Shown: in pieces, positions 51,867-63,990 of the stretch | Position numbering within the stretch: position 1 is the first letter of the stretch | Layout of the letters: each line of letters opens with the position of its first letter | Origin: Octopus sinensis | Lineage: Eukaryota | Assembly (NCBI RefSeq): GCF_006345805.1 | Contig: NW_021836126.1 | Span: 186,001-250,000, forward strand | Length of the DNA stretch: 64,000 nt | Direction of reading: 5' to 3' | Position numbers and translations under genes: made by a program | The notes under the pieces: generated by a model | Told to the model about the DNA's origin: nothing | Databases searched by the model: none | What the model saw: the letters and a program-made list of their open reading frames with translations, nothing else

Positions 51867-53600
51867 GTTGTTGTTGCATAACCCCGGTCTCACATTAGGG
51901 TATGAGACCGGCGGCTAGCAGAAACAACAGCGCCTTCGCGGGTTGCTCCCAAAGGACCTCGGGGGAGTGGACAGCAAATTTCCTGCGGACAGGGAGGAGA
52001 ACAGGGCAGCGGAAAAGGTGATCAGTTGAGTGATCTTCGGCACAGCAGAGGTTGCATAGCGGGGAGATCACGACGTTCAATGAGTGAGCGTAGGAGTTTA
52101 GTGAGTGGTGATGGCCCGAGCGGAAACGAGCATGGTTGATCTGAGCGGAACGCTCCAGAAGCATTTCGGAGGGGTGAACTTCCGGAGGAAGTTTGTTGAG
52201 GACAGAGTTAGGCTTCAGCCTTAGAATGGACGACGTTGAAATGAAGTCGTGGATTTTTTTCATTGGCTGTGAACATTGGTTTAGGCCATTGATTTTGGCA
52301 AGTACCCGGGAGACTTGGCCCTAACGCCATCAACGCTATAGTGTCTATTTTCAACAATTCCGTTGTAAAAAACGAAATTCCATCTCTTTGGAAAAAATCA
52401 CGTATCATCCCGTTAATCAAACCGAAAAAACCGGCTGGCATTCCAAGCTCCTACCGCCCAATCTCTCTTTTGTGCACGCTATCTAAAATCCTCGAAAGAC
52501 TAATCCTTTCACGAGTCTCGAAACACTTACCAACATCCCACACCCAACATGGCTTCAAACCACTGCACTCAACAACCACTCACTTAACAACGCTTTCCCA
52601 GTTCGTCCTGGACGGCTTCAATGTGAAGAGGCCCCCTAAACGAACAGTTCTAGCTTCCATCGACATATCTAAAGCTTTTGACAGCGTCCCCCGTTGCGGT
52701 CTCACCAAGAAAATTCTCACGACCGGCCTAGACTCAAACTACAAATCCTGGCTTGCTAACTTCTTATCGGGCCGCATGGGCTACGTCTCCCTCATGGACC
52801 ATTGTTCCAAACAACGCTATCTTCCAAACGGGGTACCGCAGGGTTCCGTGCTGTCTCCATCCCTGTTCAATCTTTACTTGCACGACTTCCCGGCAAACGA
52901 CCCTAACAACTTGACACTATCTTACGCTGACGACATTATTATTGCCTCAAAACACGAAGACTACAAAGCTGCCTCCTTCAACCTTCAGCAACAACTCCAC
53001 TCCGTTGAGAATTGGCTCTGAGAAAACAGGCTCGAGGCCTCGTCCTCCAAGTCCTCGGTCACCCTACTATCTTCCGACAGAAGACAATCAAACATACATC
53101 CCAACCTATCTCTCTTTGGCTCTGTTCTCCCACTATCAAAACACCCCACTGTTCTCGGACTAACCTTCGACCCAACGATGTCCTTCAATAAACATGTCTC
53201 GAAGATCTCTGACAAGGCTAACAGGCGTACAAATATCCTGAAAGCAATAAGTGGTCGCATCACTGGTGCGCAGAAACCACTTCTCAAACGTGTGTATAAA
53301 CAATACATTCGCCCTGTCCTAAGCTACGCGAGTCCGAGTTGGGCTCCCTGTCTATCTATGAGCTCCTCTGTGGCTCTCCAATCAATTCAAAACAAAGCCA
53401 TGCGCATCATATCCGGGTGCCTGAAATCAACACCCATCGACCATCTGCACTGTGAAACCAACCTCCTCCCGATAGAGGAACATCTAAACATGAGAGGAGC
53501 ACAATTCCTATTCGCTTCGCGAAAACTCTACCACCCTTGCACTGCCCTAAACACGCTAAATGACAACGGCCGTGCATTGAAGAACACGCCTGGCAAACTA
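51867..53600. mobile_element. Ingi-like LINE insertion with 5' inversion (twin priming), 12-bp TSD
   Basis: The 3' part is on the minus strand (RFRSGHHHSLNSY..CNLC..HSTDHLFRCP, (CAA)n tail at ~51867). The RT part is on the plus strand at 52300-53600 (YRPISLL, DISKAFD, GVPQGSVLSP, YADD). TAAACAAGAGTT occurs at 51855-51866 and 53601-53612. Confidence 0.85.
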
Positions 53601-53719
53601 TAAACAAGAGTTTTGGACGGAAAGAATGACAATACCACAGAAAGCAGTGGATTATTGTATTTATTTAATTATTTAAATATTATTAACTATTATATATAAT
53701 TAATTATTTAATTAATTAG

Positions 53720-54046
53720 CTGAATATTATGAGGATGATGAAGGATTCTCTCAGGAGATATCTTTACGGTACACATTCGAGAAGAAAAAGCCTCAAACCC
53801 TGCCTATCCACCTCATACCTTGTGTTTAAACGAAAATCTGCCTATAAATGTAAATTATATTAGCCATGGCAAGGTAGAACCCAACCTCCTGCCCGAGCCA
53901 AGCCATGCTGTGTTACAACACATGTTTGTTTTGTCCATAAAAGTAGTTTTGGTGGTGTAATCTGCCAAAAAGGAGTCCTTGTGATGAGTGCCTTTAATCG
54001 CTATCGGAAAAAGTTTTTTACTACTCTGTTATATCGGCTTGCCTGA
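53720..54046 (+). pseudogene. AMPK/SNF1 beta subunit C-terminal (ASC) fragment
   Basis: EPNLLPEPSHAVLQHMFVLSIK...GVLVMSAFNRYRKKFFTTLLYR, with a 1-nt frameshift upstream and no N-terminus. Confidence 0.8.
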
Positions 54047-54220
54047 TTTGTTTTAATAATAATACTTTTTAACATTTATTATTATATTTAAATTCTTTTT
54101 TAATTAAATATATTTTTATAATAAAATTATTCACCTAATTAATTACCCTAATTAATTGTTGGTGATTCTTGGGTTAAATAATAATAAAATTATTGTCATG
54201 TCGTGTGTCATGTGACTGAT

Positions 54221-55198
54221 ATGGATGATGTAGAACAATCAGAAAATGAGAATATGTGTGGTATTATCCTTTTTATTACAAATTAAAGACCGAATTATAG
54301 TCAGTGGTGGTTTGGATAACAGAATAAGATTATTTAATAACTTCCCAAACTCAATCAGATCACTCAATTTCTGGTCACACGTAAACGACCTGGAATTCAG
54401 TCCAAAACACGACATCCTTGCCGTGTCTGGACATGAGGTGGTCTTCCTCTACCACTACCCCACCCTCCGAGAACTCTTCGGCGCCAAACTGGGCTCTTCC
54501 AACGTCATTTCCATCAAATTCCGTCGTGACAACCTCACCATGTACACTGCCTCAGACCAATTCCACAAAGCACTCAATTTGTGCGATATTTCCCGCCATT
54601 TAGAACCCATCACGTCATTCGATTCGAACGCCATCCTGTCCTGTCTGGAATACAGCCCCACCATGGTTGGCCCCCACCTCCCCACTCCCAGGACACGTGC
54701 CTAACTGGGGACTTGTTAGGCCGGCTGATTATGTATGACTGGAGGTCCCCCACCAAGATTATCCTCCACTCTGTGCCTAATAATGTGTGTGCCATTTCGA
54801 TGAGGGGTGACCAAGTGGTAGTAGGGAATAGTGGGGGCTATATATATTCGTTTGATGTGAGGAAGTGTGATGAGTATGTGGGTCTGTATTCGATGGGGAG
54901 GGGGTGTGTGTTGTCCTGTCGAGTGGGGGATCGGTTTGTGTTTGCTTCCTCGTCTGTGGGGAGGGTGGTTGTGTTGGATTCGAGGACATATGCGTTTTGT
55001 TATATGTTTGAGGATGAGTCGGCCAAGTATATATATGATTGTGTGCCTGTGAATGATGAATGTAGATTGGTTACTGCTAGTAATTCCCTTATTAAAATGT
55101 GGGATTGTACTACTTTTCGTGTTATTCATACGTGTAGTATCCACACTGAATCAGTCACGTGTCTTGCTTATCTGCCAAATGATCACGTCGATTTTTAA
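54221..55198 (+). CDS. LST8: TOR complex subunit LST8-like WD40 protein, apparently intact (~307 aa; join 54221-54260, 54289-54665, 54692-55198)
   Basis: Removing 28-nt and 26-nt GT-AG introns gives one ORF. IIVSGGLDNRIRLF, VNDLEF..HDILAVSGH, NVISIKF..DNLTMYTASD, VVGNSGG and IYDC..LVTAS..IKMWD parallel the LST8 blade pattern. Confidence 0.7.
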
Positions 55199-55429
55199 TT
55201 TTTTTATGTTTTATTATTTTTTATTTAAATTAGTTTTACAAAGACTTTTAAAAGTAGACAGAATAAAATAAAGTTGAAAGCGGTCAATTCTGGGGAAATT
55301 TGCAATATTTGTGGCCTGAGGGCAATTAGTCGACGATTAAATAGCAATCTGAGCATTCCATTTATTTGGTAATATTTTCAAAATGAATCAAGAAGGTTAT
55401 TTTTGTTATTATTCCCAGTTCTTGGAAAA

Positions 55430-55975
55430 GGGTACTACATGTTCATTATTTTGGGGGGCTTCACGTTTATTTGTCCCAACTCTCATCGTGTCAATCTAAG
55501 TCTAGTGATTGTCCAGGTAGTACAAACTGACGATAAAAACATTTCTGGAAACGTGCTTGTTTTAATGACTAATTTCAAGTTTATTGTGAAATGGAATTCT
55601 CTCGAGCGGGGAATGGTCCAATCCTCGTTTTTTCTGGGATATTTTTTGATGCAGTTCACAGGGGGAATGGTAATAGAAAAATACGGACCACCGACGACAG
55701 TCCACGGTGATCGGACTTATATTTCCCGGAATTTGACGTTGAGTAGACCACCAGGAGCTCAACTGGGGGCTGTGTTTGGATTCCTTCTGACCTCCGCTAT
55801 TGCTCGACTGCCGAATTCGTGGTCATATTCATTTTACATTCTTGGTTTGATATTGTAATATTCAGGCTGTTTTGGCTTGGTTTTGGGGACTGTTTGGCAT
55901 GTGTGGATGGACAATTTCCCGGAGGACAACAAATTTATTTCTGAGCGAAAAAAACGGTATATTGTTCAGAACTGC
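55430..55975 (+). pseudogene. MFS SLC17 (sialin/anion-cation symporter)-like fragment with internal deletion
   Basis: RVNLSLVIVQ, W...GMVQSSFFLGYFLMQFTGG...EKYG, then almost directly GAQLGAVFG, W..SFYI and PEDNKFISE. Confidence 0.65.
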
Positions 55976-56714
55976 AAAGAACCAATAAAAATTAAGTTTT
56001 CGGTTTTAAAATGACTTTTGTTTGTACAGCAAGTCCCACTAAAGTCAATATTTTTGTCCAAACATTGCATTGCTGTGTTTGCGAACGAATTCACTTCGAT
56101 GTAGACCACATTCACCAATCTGACTATTTATCCCAAATATTTATACGCAAAATTCGGATTTCTTACAGAAAATGTCCATTTTTCTCTAAATTTTTGAATG
56201 TGAGTTCTGAAATTGTCAAAAATGTGAATGTCGTGAGTAGGGAGTTGGAAAGATTCAACAACTTACGGACACTTATTTGGACAATTCAAATCGTGTGTGG
56301 AGAAGGGTGGATGACTGTAGTACAAGAATGAGATGTGAGTTGAATTCTTTTGCTTTTTCCTTCAAGTCGTTCAAAGAAGTAGTTTCTGTCATCACATCTT
56401 AGCGGTTGTTGGCCTCGTTGGATAACGAGCCTGTGGAAAATAAGGAGATTAAGGCGTATATTGGTGAGACTGATCATTTGGGACTGTACAAGTCCACTTT
56501 GGAAGGGTTGTGTCGAGTATATATGTATATTTCGTGGGCAAGTATATCAGCACAATAGAAGGAATGAGAAGTTCAGCATACTTAAAGGAGATTGAGAGTG
56601 TCACCTCACTTATTCATCAAAAGGTGGTCCAATTGTTTATTCCAGGTCTGTGATCTCACTTCTCAATTGCGTGTCGAATTTAAGAACTTTGTTGAACGCT
56701 TTAATGACATGGAC

Positions 56715-57327
56715 AGGAGAAACACACTTCTTCATGTGGTGTGAGAGTAAAAAATTTGACCGGAGAGTGAACGAATGGAAGACACCCAGCAAGCGTCAAA
56801 TAATGAAATGTGCACTCAACTCTGCCCAGGTGGTGATTGCACTCTCCGGGGGGCAGATTGTGTACTTTGAATTGGATGTGGTTGGGTGTTTGTATGATGG
56901 ACAGAATGGCCAACTGAACGAGTTCACTAAGAGGAAGGAAATGATGAGTGAGATCACGTGTTTGGCAATCGGGAAGGTGTCCACTGGCCAGCAGAGGAGT
57001 CGGTTCTTGGCGGTGGGGTTGGCGGACAGTGAGGATACTCTCCTTGGACGTCCACTCCATCAACGTAGCGCTTTCCCCCGACCGTATGATGAGGGACTTG
57101 TCTTTGCAGTCACTCCCCACATTGCCCGAGTCACTGTGCATATCCAACATGTCATGAAGAGTGGGGATGACAGTCTGTATTTGACCACCGATCTCCAAAG
57201 CGGGGTGTTACTGAAGGCAGTGCTCGACCCGGTGATGGGGGACTTGTCTGACACGAGGACGCGTTATTTGGGGGGAAGACTATTTCCCGTGACAGTGCAG
57301 GGCGTGGAAGGGGTATTGGTGGACTGA
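56715..57327 (+). pseudogene. SF3B3: Splicing factor SF3B3/Rse1 internal fragment
   Basis: RVNEWKTP, QVVIALSGGQIVYFELD, SRFLAVGLAD and GVLLKAVLDPVMGDLSDTRTRYLG. A 24-nt intron lies at 56881-56904, with small deletions and frameshifts. Confidence 0.88.
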
Positions 57328-59214
57328 TTGTGCAGGTGTTGGGGTCGTCCAGCACCCAGCATCAATCAATGCAAGAGTGGTCGCGTTGAAACAGGCAAGG
57401 AGAATACTCCATAATAAGGGACTGATTATACCTCAAGAAAAATGTCGATCTGGGATGAAGCTCCAGTTGGATTGAACTATTAAAAGCTTTTTTGATCATT
57501 GTCTCTATCTCTTGAACCTTTCTTCCTCGTGAGAGACGTTTCCTCCATTCCGCGGCAGTAAATGAAGACTGACTGTATAATGCTTAAAATTATTTCTTAT
57601 TTGAAAAAATCCTCATTTAGAAAATTATAAATAAACAGAGTAATTTTTCATCTGTTTTTAACAGATCATTATTTCCATTTTTATGAAAAGAAGGGTTTGT
57701 GTCATCCTTTTTTTGTGACACTTTCGTTTTGAAATGTTGTATTTTGTTTGTCGATGTGAGTCACCAACAGCTACGTGGCTTTGTCTTCCAAATCCTCGGT
57801 CACCTTATTATCATCCTACAAAAGCGATTTTCTTTATGAAGGACTGGATATTCGGACGTATCCTTTCTTAGTTCCAAGTTTAAATTTCTCCCAATAAAGC
57901 ATTGAATTTTTATTCATGTTTATAGGTCATTGTTCAAGAAAAGATACAATCGTTTTTATATTCGCGAAATCATGCCATTACTAGTCTTGTATTTTTTGAT
58001 TAGCTGTCTTTCAAATAATCTTTTCTTCAATGTCAATTTAGCAATCCTTAATTTTGTTTCGTAGCTGATAACCATCACAATAAAAGTATAAATAGACGCG
58101 AAAATGACCAAAGAAAAAAACTATTAAATACCCGAATGCTTTGGAATTGATTAAACTCAGGGACATCAGGCTTTGTATTTCAACGATTGAAAAGATGAAG
58201 TTGTTGGGGTTGGTCATGTTTTAGGGACGGATGGATAGAAATGCTTTTGGTGATCTTCTCTTCAAATAGCAATTGCTGGTTTCACCAGACACCGAAAAGT
58301 GTGTTCGCCCCTGTGGCCCTCGTCCACGGAGAGAATAGCTCATAATGTGTGGTCTATCTTCCGTACTAATGGAAACAAAATGGGAATCAGCTTTGAAAAC
58401 GGATCGATGTTTGTGTTTAGACCACATTTGTTTAGTATACCTCTTTCGGGAGATTCATCACAGGATTATTGTGATGAGATTGCAAAGACTTCTAGTTTGA
58501 TTGTTTGCATTCTTCGACACCAATTGGTTTATTTTAATGATGGAGGTTGTAGGAAATGATTGGACCGGGGAACACCATGCGGTCATTCGAGTGGTGGCCT
58601 GTCACTCGCCAGTGATATCTTCTTCCGATTATATTCTCAAAGAACGCTACGGAATTAGCTCCAAGAGTTCTCTTGTGAAAATGACCGTTTAACCCCAAAT
58701 TTACTTGCAGGGAGACATTTTGACATTTCGTGGAAGATTGGTTGCAATTCTCGACAATTCAGACACTTCCGTGATTAATCGACTCGACTTGTCTTCATGT
58801 GCTTATTCAACGGGGATTTTTGCGTTGGAAAACTTGCGGTAGTTTTTCATTTGATGTGTAGGACTCAAGTTGTGCGGATTTGAATTGGGCAGTCCGACAA
58901 ATATATACATGTCCCAGTCCTCGCTTGGTTGAGCGACTGGAGGACATTTGCAGAGGATATGAACAGTACGGCAAGTATTTGTGGGAGACCAAGCAGGAGA
59001 GCATAAGAAAGCTGAACAGTCTGCTCAACTCAGTGCGGAATGTATGTGCATGTGAGTAATGACAGAGAAGACAAACACTGCGACACGAATATAATCACGC
59101 TTATCTACCACACGTACTTCACTCGAAAGGCCCATCTCTTCCACGGGTTGTCGGCTGACTTGCAAATAATCCGATCGAATGTCGACAAGTTCAAAGGACT
59201 GACTAGCATTTATT

Positions 59215-59630
59215 TATTTTTATTTATTAAACACCAAGACCACAGTTAAGACCGAACTAATTAGCATGTGATCCCGACGCACTTTGACGGAGATCCTCCG
59301 GAAAGGTTCAATCCTATGCAAAGTGCATCGTCCTGCGACGACGATGTCCCAGGGGGTAGGAGAGCTATTGGTCCTTTTTCGGTGAGCATTAGGTGCCCCC
59401 TCGGCGTTTCCAAATCCAGTCGAAATCTCCAAGTGAATTTGGTGGACCACGTAACGCCTTTCTAAGGCCGGATAGGAAGGAGATCCCTTTTTGACATACT
59501 GTGTCGTGCCAGATGCTACTCGTCACCTCACGGGCAAAGGAACTTCGACGAGATTAACCCCGACTCCAAAGTAGCCTCTTCTGGATTCGAACCCACGACG
59601 GCTGAATTCCAGTATCCAGGAGTTGAGTGT
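59215..59630 (-). mobile_element. SINE-like or LINE 5'-derived repeat with tRNA B-box-like head (diverged relative at 62340-62570)
   Basis: Minus strand GTCGTGGGTTCGAATCC at ~59585-59602 and an A-rich (TAAA)n end at ~59215. Confidence 0.45.
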
Positions 59631-59851
59631 TCCAGTTATAATTCAGGCGACTTGCAGCCACTCGCCGATAGTCTTGGCCATGTCTACAACATGTTCCCTA
59701 CCAACACGGACGAGTGCACTCGTCAACACATTAAAAGTCTTCCTCATACGTCATCTTCGCTCCCGAGTTGAGGCACTTGGCCCATGTCCTTGGTTTATGG
59801 CTGAGAGGGAGTTATTCCGTATTAATTCCTCCAAAGTAATCATCCCACCCT

Positions 59852-60141
59852 ACTAGACCCCCCCGAGACAAATTAGTGTGTGTGCAAATGACGCGAGTAA
59901 TGTGTGGTGCAAATGACGCGAGTAATCACTGCCATTCTGGCTACACAAACACACCGACATGCTCTTTCCCGTCATTATATACGTCATTTGCAAGGCCAAC
60001 CCACCACACTTGCTCCACAACTTGCACTTTGTCCGCTCATTCGGAGACCTCACTGGGGAGAACAACTACTGCTGGACTCAGTTCTGCATGGCTGTGACCT
60101 ACATCACAGAGAGCTTGATTAATGAAAAGAACTTGTTTTAA
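59852..60141 (+). pseudogene. VPS9-domain (Rab5 GEF) C-terminal fragment
   Basis: PRDKLVCV...DMLFPVIIYVICKANPPHL...GENNYCWTQFCMAVTYI, with a ~25-bp internal tandem duplication. Confidence 0.75.
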
Positions 60142-60189
60142 CAGCTAATGTCACATAAAGTAGCTAATGTCCAACACAATAAGAACATG

Positions 60190-60771
60190 TCACATAAAAT
60201 AGTCGCGGAGGTCAGTGTGGTTGGCGGAGAGGGGTGAGTGAGTGAACTGTACACTGGAAATGAGGGGAGGGAGTGTACAAAGTAGTGTGTAGGTGTGTGT
60301 CCAACTTCATGAAGGCAGCCATGTTGCCACTGCGGTAGCAGTAATTGGGGGCGGAGAAGAGAGTGAGGACAGCTTGGTGGTGACACCAATTGTATCCCTG
60401 TGAGTGAGAAATGGGGAGAACAGTCATGGCGAGTTGGTGAGCACGGGCAATGAAGTGTATGTGATTGTGGTGGACGAACAGAGTGGTGATATCGGGACCA
60501 AAGACATAGCCGGCGCCCCTGGGAGAGACATTCCAGGAGGGGAAGTCGTCGGGGTCAGACCAGAGAATGTCAGTCATAGCACCCTGGAGTGAGTGGAGAG
60601 TATACTTCGTGGGGGATTTCCTGGATTCGGTCGAGAGTGCGAATGTGGTCAATCGAGTCGATGGAGGGAGACAGTCCTCCGTGCACGGCAAACACTCGGT
60701 CGTCGATGACAGCGCACAGGGGGAGGTAGTCGAACACGTCAGTCAGCAGTCTCCACACTTGCACCTCCAAA
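60190..60771 (-). pseudogene. PP2A-type Ser/Thr phosphatase catalytic subunit, 3' part with three mini-introns
   Basis: [40 protein letters not shown] and C-terminal DYFM*. Introns at 60584-60605, 60398-60421 and 60254-60278. The 5' part is replaced by a LINE remnant. Confidence 0.88.
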
Positions 60772-60789
60772 GCTGAAATAAACAGTTTG

Positions 60790-61600
60790 AACCAATTTCA
60801 TCTGAATGATGGCAACTTCTTGGCCATAAGACTGGGCAGTCTCATTGCGGTGGAAAGTTCTTTTGTCCGATCTGAAGGGACATTCCGTGAAAGACCCAGA
60901 GCCACCGCAGCTATAAACAAAAAATTGCAAAGTGGAGAGAATCTCGACGCACTACAAACAACATGTCACTGTCCTACGCAGACTACATTATTATTGCTTC
61001 TAAACACGCAGACGACATATCAGCTTATTTTAACATCCAGCAACTACTATACTCCGTCGAGAATTGGCTCATTGAGAACAGGCTCGGTCACCTTATTATA
61101 TTCCGATAGAAGACAATCAAACCTACACCCCAAGTTATCTTTCTTTGGTTCTGACCTTCCGTTGTAAAATCCGACTATCCTCGGACTTACCTTTGATTTA
61201 ACTACGTCTTTAAAAAAACATTTCTCAAACATTTCTGACAAGGCAAACAGACATCCTAAAAGTAATAACTGGTCACATTACTGGTACCCAGAAGCTACTC
61301 GTCAAACAAGTTACAGTATTAAGTAACGCGAGTCCACGGTGAGCACCCTGCTTATCTACAAGCTCGACAATGACACTTGAATCAGTACAAAACAAGGTCA
61401 TGCGCACTATATCTGGGTATCTAAAATACTCCAATCGATCACCTCCATTTTGAAACATACATTTTATCGATTGACGAACATCTAAATATGCGAGGAGCAC
61501 AATTCCTATTTTCATCTTGGAATTTGTATGATCCTTGTCCTGCTCTACATTTGCTAAACGGAAATGGTCGTTAACTAAAGAATACGCTGGCGACTCTATA
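60790..61600 (+). mobile_element. Degenerate Ingi-like RT fragment (same family as 52300-53600)
   Basis: ENWLIENRL...DRRQSNLHP...LGLTFD, colinear with 53000-53600. Confidence 0.75.
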
Positions 61601-61660
61601 TTCTCAGACCCTTGCTAAAATTGATGGTCTGCACAGATGTTCACATCCAATTAAAAACAT

Positions 61661-62056
61661 TCACAATTCAATCTCAACGTCAGAAATTCTCAAGCCGTCA
61701 GAAATTCTATATTTATAGTATTCAGTATGGCCGAAAAATTCTTCCATGGCCATATTGCAAGGTGTTTCTTTCTTCATTCGTAAAATATGTCCAAACAGGC
61801 GCCAGCGGGTTTCAAGTACATTTAGACTTATAGGCCCGCAGTTAGCTAACCTGTATAATTTATCATTTGATATTTTCTTGGGCCACGAGTAGCCGAGGAG
61901 TTTTCTCAGTTGACCCCTGTGGAAAGAGTCAAGTTGCTCCATGTTTTTCTTTAATGTTCCCCAAGTACCTGCGTTGTACATGAGGACAGGTCGGACAAAT
62001 GCATCATATAATCGTAGGCGCATCTTAGTCAAAATTTGGTTAACCACTATGCACAC
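61661..62056 (-). mobile_element. RTE-like LINE RT C-terminus
   Basis: LRLYDAFVRPVLMYNAGTW...FHRGQLRKLLG..WPKKISN...RWRLFGHILR. Confidence 0.85.
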
Positions 62057-62250
62057 AAAATGGACATCTCCCCCTTATATAATATTTGCTGTGCTGACAA
62101 ACACTCAACTGCTCATCTATTCCACTGTCCTGGTCTTGTTTTACTCCGCGAAAAATTTGATGCTCACTCCCCCGAGGTCCTATGGGACCAACCTTAAAAG
62201 GCGCTGTCATTTCTGCTAACTGCTGGTCTGATGATCGGGGTTAACAACAA
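62055..62250 (+). mobile_element. Ingi-like LINE 3' end with (CAA)n tail
   Basis: NICCADKHSTAHLFHCP...EVLWDQP followed by AACAACAAC. Confidence 0.75.
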
Positions 62251-63129
62251 CACGGAAACGCAAAGGACACTAACCGTGAAACAAGGAAAACTAAATTAGC
62301 TTACATTTAAGCACATTTTATTGACCAAAGGACCAGGGTAAACCAATCAATTATAATCCCCCGTGATCCCCGATTCAAGCGATGGAGATCCTTCTGAAAG
62401 GTTCCTGCCAACAATGATCGGACTGAGATGACAATGTCCCAGGGTCAGAGTTCTAGAAGTCCTTTTCGGTAAGCATTAAGTGCCTCCTGAGCGTTTCCGT
62501 ATTCGATTGGAAGTTCCAACTGATATGATAGACCGCATAACGCCACGCTAAGACCGGAAGCCTTTTTTGCCTCCGAATTTACACTCTCTTCGATTTCAAA
62601 GTGAGAATCAAGACTTTATTTTGGCCTGAACTGTTTTGGCCTTAAAGTTACTGTCTTTTTCAACAATATTCATTAGCAATTTGAATATTTTATTCTTATC
62701 AATCCAATCGAACGCTTTGCTGATATCAATTCCAAAAATATGGATCCCGACTTTATACATCTGACATAACGCAAAGAATTAAAGTTGGCTTTAAACTACA
62801 TCGGCTGTGGATCTTTCGGGTATAAAACCACTTTCTTCTAAGGACAGATTTTGCATGAGGTATTTTGATCTTAGCCATCCAACAGGACCACTTGTTAAAA
62901 GACCAAGACCTTAGCAACCAGAAGTACATCACCCCGATTCAATTCCTCACAAAAACTGTTCCCCGCCCGTCCCGCTTTTGCGTTGGGTCCAGAGTCCAAC
63001 ATCGGGAAAAGCTGAGAAAGATTTTGAGAATTGTTGGAATCACCTAATTAATTACCCTAATTAACTGTTGGTGATTCTTGAGTTAAATAAAAAAATGATT
63101 ATGTTACGGGCAAAGTCATTAATCTGGGC

Positions 63130-63990
63130 AATTATGTTAATTATTATTATTATTTAAGCCAAACAAAATCACTGTCTTAACCAATTAACTAACACGTTCA
63201 GGTGATTCCGACACTTCTCAACAGTCGAGCCATTTTTTCACGATGTTCCGACCGTGACCCCACACACTTTCTGTATGTACGGTGAATGGTTTGTGGTCCA
63301 TTTCCACGATCCCCCCATTTGCCTCTACGAGAGACTCCAGTGTTCTATGGACAATTTCCCTATCGGTATGGTCCTTCAGTAGGTTGATAGATTTTTCTTG
63401 AATTATTTCGATTTTTAGCCGGTTCGTTACCGCCAGGTTCCAGCCCCAAGCAGCACATGCATAGCCTATTTATTGTTGGCTCGAATTCCCGGGCATTATT
63501 ATTATTATTTAAGCCAAAAACAGAATCACCGTCTTAACCATTAACTAACGTGTTCAGGTGATTCCGACACTTCTCAACAGTCTAGCCATCTTTTCACGAT
63601 GTTCAGACCGTGACCCCACACACTTTCTGTATGTACGGTGAAATGCTTGTGGTCCATCTCCACGATCCCTCCCACTTGCCTCTACAAGAGACTCCAGTGT
63701 TCGATGGACAATTTTCATGTCGGTATGGTCCTTCAGTATGTTTATGGATTTTTCTTGGATTTTCTCGATTTTTAGTTGGTTCGTTGCCGCCAGGTTACAG
63801 CCCCAAGCAGCACATGCATAGCCTATTGTTGGCTCGATATACTGCTTGTAAAGGGTCTCTACCCCTGGCGGACAAGTTCTCCCACAGTTCCAAAGAAAGG
63901 CTTTCACAAAATTGATTTTCTTTATACAAGTTGACACGATCGATTCAACATGAGGTGAAAACAGAGGAAAGTATCAAACGTTACACCCAA
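63130..63990 (-). mobile_element. Two tandem 5'-truncated copies of the LINE 3' end seen at 31330-31800
   Basis: ORF 63554-63937 matches 31282-31719. ATTATTATT tails lie at ~63140 and ~63500. Confidence 0.8.

Noticed and set aside
56050-56270. Possible LRR gene fragment on the minus strand (LNLSNSLLTTF)
   Set aside because: Only one partial repeat is visible, among stops, so support is insufficient.
59480-59570. HDV-like ribozyme in the SINE-like repeat
   Set aside because: A P1/P3-like pairing can be drawn, but P1 lacks the G start and I found no P2 partner.
59570-59630. tRNA gene
   Set aside because: Only a T-arm/B-box is present, with no acceptor stem or D-arm.
62228-62262. CTGATGA...GAAAC possible hammerhead
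   Set aside because: Helix II and III cannot be formed convincingly. The segment is the coding end and (CAA)n tail of an Ingi-like LINE.
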